A DNA stretch of 64,000 nt from contig OZ059898.1 of assembly GCA_964057225.1 (NCBI GenBank), forward strand, positions 9,734,001 to 9,798,000, read 5' to 3'. Shown here one piece after another: positions 27,148 to 41,975 of this stretch (position 1 is the stretch's first letter; each line of letters opens with the position of its first letter). The translations under genes and the position numbers were made by a program. Origin of the DNA: Auanema rhodensis. Lineage: Eukaryota > Animalia > Nematoda. The notes under the pieces are model-generated. The model was given only the letters and a program-made list of their open reading frames with translations. It was not told the origin of the DNA and searched no databases.

Positions 27148-28401
27148 TTCGAAAATGTTAGATTGTTTCCGAAAAATTATGAAAAGTCAAGTTCTACTGA
27201 TTTGAAGAGAATTGTAAGTTTTAGAAAATAATTAAAAATTAGTTCTCTCTACTATTTACTGATTGTCGGCTAAAATATGGTAACAGTTTTTATAAAAAGT
27301 TTCCATGATTAGGATTAAACAAAAAAAAGAATTAAAGAGAAACACTTTTTGTTTACTTATTTGATTATAATACTTGAAATTTCAAAAACAGTAGAATAAA
27401 ATTGAGAAAGCGACAAAAACAGTTGAACGATTTGAAGAGAATTGTAAGTTTTAGAAAAGAATTAAAGTTCAGCTATCTCTACTATTAACTGACTATCGGC
27501 TAAAATAAGGTAACAGTTTTTATTGAAAGTTTCCATGATTAAGATTAAACAAAGAAAAAAATCAGAGAGAAACACTTCTTGTTTACTTACTTGATTATAA
27601 TACTTGAAATTCCAAAAACAGTAAAATAAAATTGAGAAAGCGACAAAAACAGTTGAACGATTTGAAGACAATTGTAAGTTTAAGAAAAGAATTAAAGTTT
27701 AGCTTTGTCTACTATTAACTGAATGTCGGCTGAAATATGGTAACAGTTTTTATCAAAAGTTTCCATGATTAAGATTGAACAAAGAAAAAAAATCAAAAAG
27801 AAACACTTCTTGTTTACTTACTTGATTATAATACTTGAAATTCCAAAAACAGTAGAATAAAATAGAGAAAACGACAAAAACAGTTGAACGATTTGAAGAC
27901 AATTGTAAGTTTTAGAAAATAATTAAAAATTAGTTCTCTCTACTATTAACTGATTGTCGGCTAAAATATGGTAACAGTTTTTATAAAAAGGTTCCATGAT
28001 TAGGACTAAACAAAAAAAAGATTCAAAAAGAAACACTTCTTGTTTACTTACTTGATTATAATACTTGAAATTCAAAAAAAAGTAAAAAACAATTGAGAAA
28101 GCGACATAAACAGTTGAACGATTTGAAGAGAATTGTAAGTTTCAGAAAAGAATTAAAGTTCAGCTATCTCTACTTTAAACTGATTAACGGCTAAAATAAG
28201 GTAACAGTTTTTATTGAAAGTTTCCGTGATTGAGATTAAACAAAGAAAAAAAAATCAAAGAGAAACACTTCTTGTTTACTTATTTGATTATAACACTTGA
28301 AAATCCAACAAAAGTAAAATAAAACTGTGAAAGCGGGTAAAACTGTTGAACTAAAACAGTCTTTATAAAATATAAATGATATATTTTTATAAAAGTGAAG
28401 T

Positions 28402-28472
28402 TGCATCGGCCGGGTATCGAACCCGGGTCGCCCGCGTGGCAGGCGAGCATTCTACCACTGAACCACCGATGC
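28402..28472 (-). tRNA. trnG: tRNA-Gly(GCC), U60A T-loop variant
   Basis: cgggTatcga at 28415; T loop TTCGATA; stems intact. Confidence 0.9.
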
Positions 28473-29729
28473 TTCGAAAATGTTAGATTGTTTCCGAAAA
28501 ATTATGAAAAGTCAAGTTCTACTGATTTGAAGAGAATTGTAAGTTTTAGAAAATAATTAAAAATTAGTTCTCTCTACTATTTACTGATTGTCGGCTAAAA
28601 TATGGTAACAGTTTTTATAAAAAGTTTCCATGATTAGGATTAAACAAAAAAATGAATTAAAGAGAAACACTTTTTGTTTACTTATTTGATTATAATACTT
28701 GAAATTCCAAAAACAGTAGAATAAAATTGAGAAAGCGACAAAAACAGTTGAACGATTTGAAGAGAATTGTAAGTTTTAGAAAAGAATTAATGTTCAGCTA
28801 TCTCTACTATTAACTGATTAACGGTTAAAATAAGGTAACAGTTTTTATTGAAAGTTTCCGTGATTGAGATAACACAAAGAAAAAAAAATCAAAGAGAAAC
28901 ACTTCCTTCTTGTTTACTTATTTGATTATAACACTTGAAATTCCAACAAAAGTAAAGTAAAACTGTTAAAGCGAGTAAAACTGTTCAACGATTTGAAGAC
29001 AATTGTAAGTTTAAGAAAAGAATTAAAGTTTAGCTTTGTCTACTATTAACTGATTATCGGCTGAAATATGGTGACAGTTTTTATCAAAAGTTTCCATGAT
29101 TAGGATTAAACAAAAAAAAGAATCAAAAAGAAACACTTCTTGTTTACTTATTTGATTATAATACTTGAAATTCCAAAAACAGTAGAATAAAATTGAGAAA
29201 GCGACAAAAACAGTTGAACGATTTGAAGAGAATTGTAAGTTTTAGAAAATAATTAAAAATTAGTTCTCTCTACTATTAACTGATTGTCGGCTAAAATATG
29301 GTAACAGTTTTTATAAAAAGTTTCCATGATTAGGATTAAACAAAAAAAAGAATTAAAGAGAAACACTTTTTGTTTACTTATTTGATTATAATACTTGAAA
29401 TTCCAAAAACAGTAGAATAAAATTGAGAAAGCGACAAAAACAGTTGAACGATTTGAAGAGAATTGTAAGTTTTAGAAAAGAATTAAAGTTCAGCTTTCTC
29501 TACTATTAACTGATTATCGGCTAAAATAAGGTAACAGTTTTTATTGAAAGTTTCCATGATTAAGATTAAACAAAGAAAAAAATCAAAGAGAAACACTTCT
29601 TGTTTACTAATTTGATTATAACACTTGAAAATCCAACAAAAGTAAAAAAAAACTGTGAAATCGGGTAAAACTGTTGAACTATAACAGTCTTTATAAAATA
29701 TAAATGATATTTTTTTATAAAAGTGAAGT

Positions 29730-29800
29730 TGCATCGGCCGGGAATCGAACCCGGGTCGCCCGCGTGGCAGGCGAGCATTCTACCACTGAACCACTGATGC
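29730..29800 (-). tRNA. trnG: tRNA-Gly(GCC), G6A variant (A6-C67 acceptor-stem mismatch)
   Basis: ccacTgatgc at 29795. Confidence 0.88.
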
Positions 29801-32207
29801 TTCGAAAATGTTAGATTGTTTCCGAAAAATTATGAAAAGTCAAGTTCTACTGATTTGAAGAGAATTGTAAGTTTTAGAAAATAATTAAAAATTAGTTCTC
29901 TCTACTATTAACTGATTGTCGGCTAAAATATGGTAACAGTTTTAATAAAAAGTTTCCATGATTAGGATTAAACAAAAAAAAGAATTAAAGAGAAACACTT
30001 TTTGTTTACTTATTTGATTATAATACTTGAAATTCCAAAAACAGTAGAATAAAATTGAGAAAGCGACAAAAACAGTTGAACGATTTGAAGAGAATTGTAA
30101 GTTTTAGAAAAGAATTAAAGTTCAGCTATCTCTACTATTAACTGATTATCGGCTAAAATAAGGTAACAGTTTTTATTGAAAGTTTCCATGATTGAGATTA
30201 AACAAAGAAAAAAATCAAAGAGAAACACTTCTTGTTTACTAATTTGATCATAACACTTGAAATGCCAACAAAAGTAAAGTAAAACTGTTAAAGCGAGTAA
30301 AACTGTTGAACGATTTGAAGACAATTGTAAGTTGAAGAAAAAAATTGAAGTTTTGCTCTCTCTACTATTAACTGATTATCGGCTAAAATATAGTAACAGT
30401 TTTTATTAAAAGTTTCCATGATTAAGATTAAACAAAGAAAAAAAATCAAAGAAAAACACTTCTTGTTTACTAATTTGATCATAACACTTGAAATGCCAAC
30501 AAAAGTAAAGTAAAACTGTTCAAGCGAGTAAAACTGTTGAACAATTTGAAGATAATTGTAAGTTGAAGAAAAAAATTAAAGTTTAGCTCTCTCTACTATT
30601 AACTGAATGTCGGCTAAAATATGGTAACAGTTTTTATCAAAAGTTTCCATGATTAAGATTAAACAAAGAAAAAAAATCAAAAAGAAACACTTCTTGTTTA
30701 CTTACTTGATTATAATACTTGAAATTCCAAAAACAGTAAAATAAAATTGAGAAAGCGACAAAAACAGTTGAACGATTTGAAGACAATTGTAAGTTTAAGA
30801 AAAGAATTAAAGTTTAGCTTTGTCTACTATTAACTGATTATCGGCTGAAATATGGTGACAGTTTTTTTTAAAAGTTTTCATGATTAGGATTAAACAAAAA
30901 AAAGAATCAAAAAGAAACACTTCTTGTTTACTTATTTGATTATAACACTTGAAATTCCAACAAAAGTAAAGTAAAACTGTTAAAGCGAGTAAAACTGTTG
31001 AACGATTTGAAGACAATTGTAAGTTGAAGAAAAAAATTAAAGTTTAGCTCTCTCTACTATTAACTGATTATCGGCTAAAATATAGTAACAGTTTTTATTA
31101 AAAGTTTCCATGATTAAGATTAAACAAAGAAAAAAAATCAAAGAAAAACACTTCTTGTTTACTAATTCGATCATAACACTTGAAATGCCAACAAAAGTAA
31201 AGTAAAACTGTTAAAGCGAGTAAAACTGTTGAACAATTTGAAGACAATTGTAAGTTGAAGAAAAAAATTAAAGTTTAGCTCTCTCTACTATTAACTGAAT
31301 GTCGGCTAAAATATGGTAACAGTTTTAATAAAAAGTTTCCATGATTAGGATTAAACAAAAAAAAGAATTAAAGAGAAACACTTTTTGTTTACTTATTTGA
31401 TTATAATACTTGAAATTCCAAAAACAGTAAAATAAAATTGAGAAAGCGACAAAAACAGTTGAACGATTTGAAGACAATTGTAAGTTTAAGAAAAAAATTA
31501 AAGTTTAGCTTTGTCTACTATTAACTGAATGTCGGCTAAAATATGGTAACAGTTTTTATCAAAAGTTTCCATGATTAAGATTGAACAAAGAAAAAAAATC
31601 AAAAAGAAACACTTCTTGTTTACTTACTTGATTATAATACTTGAAATTCCAAAAACAGTAGAATAAAATAGAGAAAACGACAAAAACAGTTGAACGATTT
31701 GAAGACAATTGTAAGTTTTAGAAAATAATTAAAAATTAGTTCTCTCTACTATTAACTGATTGTCGGCTAAAATATGGTAACAGTTTTTATAAAAAGGTTC
31801 CATGATTAGGACTAAACAAAAAAAAGAATCAAAAAGAAACACTTCTTGTTTACTTACTTGATTATAATACTTGAAATTCAAAAAAAAGTAAAAAACAATT
31901 GAGAAAGCGACATAAACAGTTGAACGATTTGAAGAGAATTGTAAGTTTCAGAAAAGAATTAAAGTTCAGCTATCTCTACTTTTAACTGATTAACGGCTAA
32001 AATAAGGTAACAGTTTTTATTGAAAGTTTCCGTGATTGAGATTAAACAAAGAAAAAAAAATCAAAGAGAAACACTTCTTGTTTACTTATTTGATTATAAC
32101 ACTTGAAAATCCAACAAAAGTAAAATAAAACTGTGAAAGCGGGTAAAACTGTTGAACTAAAACAGTCTTTATAAAATATAAATGATATATTTTTATAAAA
32201 GTGAAGT

Positions 32208-32278
32208 TGCATCGGCCGGGAATCGAACCCGGGTCGCCCGCGTGGCAGGCGAGCATTCTACCACTGAACCACCGATGC
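32208..32278 (-). tRNA. trnG: tRNA-Gly(GCC)
   Basis: Identical to consensus. Confidence 0.97.
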
Positions 32279-33536
32279 TTCGAAAATGTTAGATTGTTTC
32301 CGAAAAATTATGAAAAGTCAAGTTCTACTGATTTGAAGAGAATTGTAAGTTTTAGAAAATAATTAAAAATTAGTTCTCTCTACTATTTACTGATTGTCGG
32401 CTAAAATATGGTAACAGTTTTTATAAAAAGTTTCCATGATTAGGATTAAACAAAAAAAAGAATTAAAGAGAAACACTTTTTGTTTACTTATTTGATTATA
32501 ATACTTGAAATTCCAAAAACAGTAGAATAAAATTGAGAAAGCGACAAAAACAGTTGAACGATTTGAAGAGAATTGTAAGTTTTAGAAAAGAATTAATGTT
32601 CAGCTATCTCTACTATTAACTGATTAACGGTTAAAATAAGGTAACAGTTTTTATTGAAAGTTTCCGTGATTGAGATAACACAAAGAAAAAAAAATCAAAG
32701 AGAAACACTTCCTTCTTGTTTACTTATTTGATTATAACACTTGAAATTCCAACAAAAGTAAAGTAAAACTGTTAAAGCGAGTAAAACTGTTCAACGATTT
32801 GAAGACAATTGTAAGTTTAAGAAAAGAATTAAAGTTTAGCTTTGTCTACTATTAACTGATTATCGGCTGAAATATGGTGACAGTTTTTTTTTAAAAGTTT
32901 TCATGATTAGGATTAAACAAAAAAAAGAATCAAAAAGAAACACTTCTTGTTTACTTATTTGATTATAATACTTGAAATTCCAAAAACAGTAGAATAAAAT
33001 TGAGAAAGCGACAAAAACAGTTGAACGATTTGAAGAGAATTGTAAGTTTTAGAAAATAATTAAAAATTAGTTCTCTCTACTATTAACTGATTGTCGGCTA
33101 AAATATGGTAACAGTTTTTATAAAAAGTTTCCATGATTAGGATTAAACAAAAAAAAGAATTAAAGAGAAACACTTTTTGTTTACTTATTTGATTATAATA
33201 CTTGAAATTCCAAAAACAGTAGAATAAAATTGAGAAAGCGACAAAAACAGTTGAACGATTTGAAGAGAATTGTAAGTTTTAGAAAAGAATTAAAGTTCAG
33301 CTTTCTCTACTATTAACTGATTATCGGCTAAAATAAGGTAACAGTTTTTATTGAAAGTTTCCATGTTTAAGATTAAACAAAGAAAAAAATCAAAGAGAAA
33401 CACTTCTTGTTTACTAATTTGATTATAACACTTGAAAATCCAACAAAAGTAAAAAAAAACTGTGAAATCGGGTAAAACTGTTGAACTATAACAGTCTTTA
33501 TAAAATATAAATGATATTTTTTTATAAAAGTGAAGT

Positions 33537-33607
33537 TGCATCGGCCGGGAATCGAACCCGGGTCGCCCGCGTGGCAGGCGAGCATTCTACCACTGAACCA
33601 CCGATGC
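33537..33607 (-). tRNA. trnG: tRNA-Gly(GCC)
   Basis: Identical to consensus. Confidence 0.97.
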
Positions 33608-34401
33608 TTCGAAAATGTTAGATTGTTTCCGAAAAATTATGAAAAGTCAAGTTCTACTGATTTGAAGAGAATTGTAAGTTTTAGAAAATAATTAAAAATT
33701 AGTTCTCTCTACTATTAACTGAATGTCGGCTAAAATATGGTAACAGTTTTTATCAAAAGTTTCCATGATTAAGATTAAACAAAGAAAAAAAATCAAAAAG
33801 AAACACTTCTTGTTTACTTACTTGATTATAATACTTGAAATTCCAAAAACAGTAGAATAAAATAGAGAAAACGACAAAAACAGTTGAACGATTTGAAGAC
33901 AATTGTAAGTTTTAGAAAATAATTAAAAATTAGTTCTCTCTACTATTAACTGATTGTCGGCTAAAATATGGTAACAGTTTTTATAAAAAGGTTCCATGAT
34001 TAGGACTAAACAAAAAAAAGAATCAAAAAGAAACACTTCTTGTTTACTTACTTGATTATAATACTTGAAATTCAAAAAAAAGTAAAAAACAATTGAGAAA
34101 GCGACATAAACAGTTGAACGATTTGAAGAGAATTGTAAGTTTCAGAAAAGAATTAAAGTTCAGCTATCTCTACTTTTAACTGATTAACGGCTAAAATAAG
34201 GTAACAGTTTTTATTGAAAGTTTCCGTGATTGAGATTAAACAAAGAAAAAAAAATCAAAGAGAAACACTTCTTGTTTACTTATTTGATTATAACACTTGA
34301 AAATCCAACAAAAGTAAAATAAAACTGTGAAAGCGGGTAAAACTGTTGAACTAAAACAGTCTTTATAAAATATAAATGATATATTTTTATAAAAGTGAAG
34401 T

Positions 34402-34472
34402 TGCATCGGCCGGGAATCGAACCCGGGTCGCCCGCGTGGCAGGCGAGCATTCTACCACTGAACCACCGATGC
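34402..34472 (-). tRNA. trnG: tRNA-Gly(GCC)
   Basis: Identical to consensus. Confidence 0.97.
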
Positions 34473-35730
34473 TTCGAAAATGTTAGATTGTTTCCGAAAA
34501 ATTATGAAAAGTCAAGTTCTACTGATTTGAAGAGAATTGTAAGTTTTAGAAAATAATTAAAAATTAGTTCTCTCTACTATTTACTGATTGTCGGCTAAAA
34601 TATGGTAACAGTTTTTATAAAAAGTTTCCATGATTAGGATTAAACAAAAAAAAGAATTAAAGAGAAACACTTTTTGTTTACTTATTTGATTATAATACTT
34701 GAAATTCCAAAAACAGTAGAATAAAATTGAGAAAGCGACAAAAACAGTTGAACGATTTGAAGAGAATTGTAAGTTTTAGAAAAGAATTAATGTTCAGCTA
34801 TCTCTACTATTAACTGATTAACGGTTAAAATAAGGTAACAGTTTTTATTGAAAGTTTCCGTGATTGAGATAACACAAAGAAAAAAAAATCAAAGAGAAAC
34901 ACTTCCTTCTTGTTTACTTATTTGATTATAACACTTGAAATTCCAACAAAAGTAAAGTAAAACTGTTAAAGCGAGTAAAACTGTTCAACGATTTGAAGAC
35001 AATTGTAAGTTTAAGAAAAGAATTAAAGTTTAGCTTTGTCTACTATTAACTGATTATCGGCTGAAATATGGTGACAGTTTTTTTTTAAAAGTTTTCATGA
35101 TTAGGATTAAACAAAAAAAAGAATCAAAAAGAAACACTTCTTGTTTACTTATTTGATTATAATACTTGAAATTCCAAAAACAGTAGAATAAAATTGAGAA
35201 AGCGACAAAAACAGTTGAACGATTTGAAGAGAATTGTAAGTTTTAGAAAATAATTAAAAATTAGTTCTCTCTACTATTAACTGATTGTCGGCTAAAATAT
35301 GGTAACAGTTTTTATAAAAAGTTTCCATGATTAGGATTAAACAAAAAAAAGAATTAAAGAGAAACACTTTTTGTTTACTTATTTGATTATAATACTTGAA
35401 ATTCCAAAAACAGTAGAATAAAATTGAGAAAGCGACAAAAACAGTTGAACGATTTGAAGAGAATTGTAAGTTTTAGAAAAGAATTAAAGTTCAGCTTTCT
35501 CTACTATTAACTGATTATCGGCTAAAATAAGGTAACAGTTTTTATTGAAAGTTTCCATGTTTAAGATTAAACAAAGAAAAAAATCAAAGAGAAACACTTC
35601 TTGTTTACTAATTTGATTATAACACTTGAAAATCCAACAAAAGTAAAAAAAAACTGTGAAATCGGGTAAAACTGTTGAACTATAACAGTCTTTATAAAAT
35701 ATAAATGATATTTTTTTATAAAAGTGAAGT

Positions 35731-35801
35731 TGCATCGGCCGGGAATCGAACCCGGGTCGCCCGCGTGGCAGGCGAGCATTCTACCACTGAACCACCGATG
35801 C
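35731..35801 (-). tRNA. trnG: tRNA-Gly(GCC)
   Basis: Identical to consensus. Confidence 0.97.
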
Positions 35802-36595
35802 TTCGAAAATGTTAGATTGTTTCCGAAAAATTATGAAAAGTCAAGTTCTACTGATTTGAAGAGAATTGTAAGTTTTAGAAAATAATTAAAAATTAGTTCT
35901 CTCTACTATTAACTGAATGTCGGCTAAAATATGGTAACAGTTTTTATCAAAAGTTTCCATGATTAAGATTAAACAAAGAAAAAAAATCAAAAAGAAACAC
36001 TTCTTGTTTACTTACTTGATTATAATACTTGAAATTCCAAAAACAGTAGAATAAAATAGAGAAAACGACAAAAACAGTTGAACGATTTGAAGACAATTGT
36101 AAGTTTTAGAAAATAATTAAAAATTAGTTCTCTCTACTATTAACTGATTGTCGGCTAAAATATGGTAACAGTTTTTATAAAAAGGTTCCATGATTAGGAC
36201 TAAACAAAAAAAAGAATCAAAAAGAAACACTTCTTGTTTACTTACTTGATTATAATACTTGAAATTCAAAAAAAAGTAAAAAACAATTGAGAAAGCGACA
36301 TAAACAGTTGAACGATTTGAAGAGAATTGTAAGTTTCAGAAAAGAATTAAAGTTCAGCTATCTCTACTTTTAACTGATTAACGGCTAAAATAAGGTAACA
36401 GTTTTTATTGAAAGTTTCCGTGATTGAGATTAAACAAAGAAAAAAAAATCAAAGAGAAACACTTCTTGTTTACTTATTTGATTATAACACTTGAAAATCC
36501 AACAAAAGTAAAATAAAACTGTGAAAGCGGGTAAAACTGTTGAACTAAAACAGTCTTTATAAAATATAAATGATATATTTTTATAAAAGTGAAGT

Positions 36596-36666
36596 TGCAT
36601 CGGCCGGGAATCGAACCCGGGTCGCCCGCGTGGCAGGCGAGCATTCTACCACTGAACCACCGATGC
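36596..36666 (-). tRNA. trnG: tRNA-Gly(GCC)
   Basis: Identical to consensus. Confidence 0.97.
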
Positions 36667-37924
36667 TTCGAAAATGTTAGATTGTTTCCGAAAAATTATG
36701 AAAAGTCAAGTTCTACTGATTTGAAGAGAATTGTAAGTTTTAGAAAATAATTAAAAATTAGTTCTCTCTACTATTTACTGATTGTCGGCTAAAATATGGT
36801 AACAGTTTTTATAAAAAGTTTCCATGATTAGGATTAAACAAAAAAAAGAATTAAAGAGAAACACTTTTTGTTTACTTATTTGATTATAATACTTGAAATT
36901 CCAAAAACAGTAGAATAAAATTGAGAAAGCGACAAAAACAGTTGAACGATTTGAAGAGAATTGTAAGTTTTAGAAAAGAATTAATGTTCAGCTATCTCTA
37001 CTATTAACTGATTAACGGTTAAAATAAGGTAACAGTTTTTATTGAAAGTTTCCGTGATTGAGATAACACAAAGAAATAAAAATCAAAGAGAAACACTTCC
37101 TTCTTGTTTACTTATTTGATTATAACACTTGAAATTCCAACAAAAGTAAAGTAAAACTGTTAAAGCGAGTAAAACTGTTCAACGATTTGAAGACAATTGT
37201 AAGTTTAAGAAAAGAATTAAAGTTTAGCTTTGTCTACTATTAACTGATTATCGGCTGAAATATGGTGACAGTTTTTTTTTAAAAGTTTTCATGATTAGGA
37301 TTAAACAAAAAAAAGAATCAAAAAGAAACACTTCTTGTTTACTTATTTGATTATAATACTTGAAATTCCAAAAACAGTAGAATAAAATTGAGAAAGCGAC
37401 AAAAACAGTTGAACGATTTGAAGAGAATTGTAAGTTTTAGAAAATAATTAAAAATTAGTTCTCTCTACTATTAACTGATTGTCGGCTAAAATATGGTAAC
37501 AGTTTTTATAAAAAGTTTCCATGATTAGGATTAAACAAAAAAAAGAATTAAAGAGAAACACTTTTTGTTTACTTATTTGATTATAATACTTGAAATTCCA
37601 AAAACAGTAGAATAAAATTGAGAAAGCGACAAAAACAGTTGAACGATTTGAAGAGAATTGTAAGTTTTAGAAAAGAATTAAAGTTCAGCTTTCTCTACTA
37701 TTAACTGATTATCGGCTAAAATAAGGTAACAGTTTTTATTGAAAGTTTCCATGTTTAAGATTAAACAAAGAAAAAAATCAAAGAGAAACACTTCTTGTTT
37801 ACTAATTTGATTATAACACTTGAAAATCCAACAAAAGTAAAAAAAAACTGTGAAATCGGGTAAAACTGTTGAACTATAACAGTCTTTATAAAATATAAAT
37901 GATATTTTTTTATAAAAGTGAAGT

Positions 37925-37995
37925 TGCATCGGCCGGGAATCGAACCCGGGTCGCCCGCGTGGCAGGCGAGCATTCTACCACTGAACCACCGATGC
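37925..37995 (-). tRNA. trnG: tRNA-Gly(GCC)
   Basis: Identical to consensus. Confidence 0.97.
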
Positions 37996-39710
37996 TTCGA
38001 AAATGTTAGATTGTTTCCGAAAAATTATGAAAAGTCAAGTTCTACTGATTTGAAGAGAATTGTAAGTTTTAGAAAATAATTAAAAATTAGTTCTCTCTAC
38101 TATTAACTGATTGTCGGCTAAAATATGGTAACAGTTTTAATAAAAAGTTTCCATGATTAGGATTAAACAAAAAAAAGAATTAAAGAGAAACACTTTTTGT
38201 TTACTTATTTGATTATAATACTTAAAATTCCAAAAACAGTAGAATAAAATTGAGAAAGCGACAAAAACAGTTGAACGATTTGAAGAGAATTGTAAGTTTT
38301 AGAAAAGAATTAAAGTTCAGCTATCTCTACTATTAACTGATTATCGGCTAAAATAAGGTAACAGTTTTTATTGAAAGTTTCCATGATTGAGATTAAACAA
38401 AGAAAAAAATCAAAGAGAAACACTTCTTGTTTACTAATTTGATCATAACACTTGAAATGCCAACAAAAGTAAAGTAAAACTGTTAAAGCGAGTAAAACTG
38501 TTGAACGATTTGAAGACAATTGTAAGTTGAAGAAAAAAATTAAAGTTTAGCTCTCTCTACTATTAACTGATTATCGGCTAAAATATAGTAATAGTTTTTA
38601 TTAAAAGTTTCCATGATTAAGATTAAACAAAGAAAAAAAATCAAAGAAAAACACTTCTTGTTTACTTATTTGATCATAACACTTGAAATGCCAACAAAAG
38701 TAAAGTAAAACTGTTAAAGCGAGTAAAACTGTTGAACAATTTGAAGATAATTGTAAGTTGAAGAAAAAAATTAAAGTTTAGCTCTCTCTACTATTAACTG
38801 AATGTCGGCTAAAATATGGTAACAGTTTTTATCAAAAGTTTCCATGATTAAGATTAAACAAAGAAAAAAAATCAAAAAGAAACACTTCTTGTTTACTTAC
38901 TTGATTATAATACTTGAAATTCCAAAAACAGTAAAATAAAATTGAGAAAGCGACAAAAACAGTTGAACGATTTGAAGACAATTGTAAGTTTAAGAAAAGA
39001 ATTAAAGTTTAGCTTTGTCTACTATTAACTGATTATCGGCTGAAATATGGTGACAGTTTTTTTTAAAAGTTTTCATGATTAGGATTAAACAAAAAAAAGA
39101 ATCAAAAAGAAACACTTCTTGTTTACTTACTTGATTATAATACTTGAAATTCCAAAAACAGTAGAATAAAATAGAGAAAACGACAAAAACAGTTGAACGA
39201 TTTGAAGACAATTGTAAGTTTTAGAAAATAATTAAAAATTAGTTCTCTCTACTATTAACTGATTGTCGGCTAAAATATGGTAACAGTTTTTATAAAAAGG
39301 TTCCATGATTAGGACTAAACAAAAAAAAGAATCAAAAAGAAACACTTCTTGTTTACTTACTTGATTATAATACTTGAAATTCAAAAAAAAGTAAAAAACA
39401 ATTGAGAAAGCGACATAAACAGTTGAACGATTTGAAGAGAATTGTAAGTTTCAGAAAAGAATTAAAGTTCAGCTATCTCTACTTTTAACTGATTAACGGC
39501 TAAAATAAGGTAACAGTTTTTATTGAAAGTTTCCGTGATTGAGATTAAACAAAGAAAAAAAAATCAAAGAGAAACACTTCTTGTTTACTTATTTGATTAT
39601 AACACTTGAAAATCCAACAAAAGTAAAATAAAACTGTGAAAGCGGGTAAAACTGTTGAACTAAAACAGTCTTTATAAAATATAAATGATATATTTTTATA
39701 AAAGTGAAGT

Positions 39711-39781
39711 TGCATCGGCCGGGAATCGAACCCGGGTCGCCCGCGTGGCAGGCGAGCATTCTACCACTGAACCACCGATGC
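39711..39781 (-). tRNA. trnG: tRNA-Gly(GCC)
   Basis: Identical to consensus. Confidence 0.97.
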
Positions 39782-41039
39782 TTCGAAAATGTTAGATTGT
39801 TTCCGAAAAATTATGAAAAGTCAAGTTCTACTGATTTGAAGAGAATTGTAAGTTTTAGAAAATAATTAAAAATTAGTTCTCTCTACTATTTACTGATTGT
39901 CGGCTAAAATATGGTAACAGTTTTTATAAAAAGTTTCCATGATTAGGATTAAACAAAAAAAAGAATTAAAGAGAAACACTTTTTGTTTACTTATTTGATT
40001 ATAATACTTGAAATTCCAAAAACAGTAGAATAAAATTGAGAAAGCGACAAAAACAGTTGAACGATTTGAAGAGAATTGTAAGTTTTAGAAAAGAATTAAT
40101 GTTCAGCTATCTCTACTATTAACTGATTAACGGTTAAAATAAGGTAACAGTTTTTATTGAAAGTTTCCGTGATTGAGATAACACAAAGAAAAAAAAATCA
40201 AAGAGAAACACTTCCTTCTTGTTTACTTATTTGATTATAACACTTGAAATTCCAACAAAAGTAAAGTAAAACTGTTAAAGCGAGTAAAACTGTTCAACGA
40301 TTTGAAGACAATTGTAAGTTTAAGAAAAGAATTAAAGTTTAGCTTTGTCTACTATTAACTGATTATCGGCTGAAATATGGTGACAGTTTTTTTTTAAAAG
40401 TTTTCATGATTAGGATTAAACAAAAAAAAGAATCAAAAAGAAACACTTCTTGTTTACTTATTTGATTATAATACTTGAAATTCCAAAAACAGTAGAATAA
40501 AATTGAGAAAGCGACAAAAACAGTTGAACGATTTGAAGAGAATTGTAAGTTTTAGAAAATAATTAAAAATTAGTTCTCTCTACTATTAACTGATTGTCGG
40601 CTAAAATATGGTAACAGTTTTTATAAAAAGTTTCCATGATTAGGATTAAACAAAAAAAAGAATTAAAGAGAAACACTTTTTGTTTACTTATTTGATTATA
40701 ATACTTGAAATTCCAAAAACAGTAGAATAAAATTGAGAAAGCGACAAAAACAGTTGAACGATTTGAAGAGAATTGTAAGTTTTAGAAAAGAATTAAAGTT
40801 CAGCTTTCTCTACTATTAACTGATTATCGGCTAAAATAAGGTAACAGTTTTTATTGAAAGTTTCCATGTTTAAGATTAAACAAAGAAAAAAATCAAAGAG
40901 AAACACTTCTTGTTTACTAATTTGATTATAACACTTGAAAATCCAACAAAAGTAAAAAAAAACTGTGAAATCGGGTAAAACTGTTGAACTATAACAGTCT
41001 TTATAAAATATAAATGATATTTTTTTATAAAAGTGAAGT

Positions 41040-41110
41040 TGCATCGGCCGGGAATCGAACCCGGGTCGCCCGCGTGGCAGGCGAGCATTCTACCACTGAA
41101 CCACCGATGC
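41040..41110 (-). tRNA. trnG: tRNA-Gly(GCC)
   Basis: Identical to consensus. Confidence 0.97.
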
Positions 41111-41904
41111 TTCGAAAATGTTAGATTGTTTCCGAAAAATTATGAAAAGTCAAGTTCTACTGATTTGAAGAGAATTGTAAGTTTTAGAAAATAATTAAAA
41201 ATTAGTTCTCTCTACTATTAACTGAATGTCGGCTAAAATATGGTAACAGTTTTTATCAAAAGTTTCCATGATTAAGATTAAACAAAGAAAAAAAATCAAA
41301 AAGAAACACTTCTTGTTTACTTACTTGATTATAATACTTGAAATTCCAAAAACAGTAGAATAAAATAGAGAAAACGACAAAAACAGTTGAACGATTTGAA
41401 GACAATTGTAAGTTTTAGAAAATAATTAAAAATTAGTTCTCTCTACTATTAACTGATTGTCGGCTAAAATATGGTAACAGTTTTTATAAAAAGGTTCCAT
41501 GATTAGGACTAAACAAAAAAAAGAATCAAAAAGAAACACTTCTTGTTTACTTACTTGATTATAATACTTGAAATTCAAAAAAAAGTAAAAAACAATTGAG
41601 AAAGCGACATAAACAGTTGAACGATTTGAAGAGAATTGTAAGTTTCAGAAAAGAATTAAAGTTCAGCTATCTCTACTTTTAACTGATTAACGGCTAAAAT
41701 AAGGTAACAGTTTTTATTGAAAGTTTCCGTGATTGAGATTAAACAAAGAAAAAAAAATCAAAGAGAAACACTTCTTGTTTACTTATTTGATTATAACACT
41801 TGAAAATCCAACAAAAGTAAAATAAAACTGTGAAAGCGGGTAAAACTGTTGAACTAAAACAGTCTTTATAAAATATAAATGATATATTTTTATAAAAGTG
41901 AAGT

Positions 41905-41975
41905 TGCATCGGCCGGGAATCGAACCCGGGTCGCCCGCGTGGCAGGCGAGCATTCTACCACTGAACCACCGATGC
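41905..41975 (-). tRNA. trnG: tRNA-Gly(GCC)
   Basis: Identical to consensus. Confidence 0.97.

Noticed and set aside
28402-34472. Exactly 6000-bp spacing between tRNAs at 28402 and 34402 as a sign of synthetic or assembly duplication
   Set aside because: It equals 3806 + 2194 from ordinary monomer arithmetic, and the two regions differ by several SNPs.
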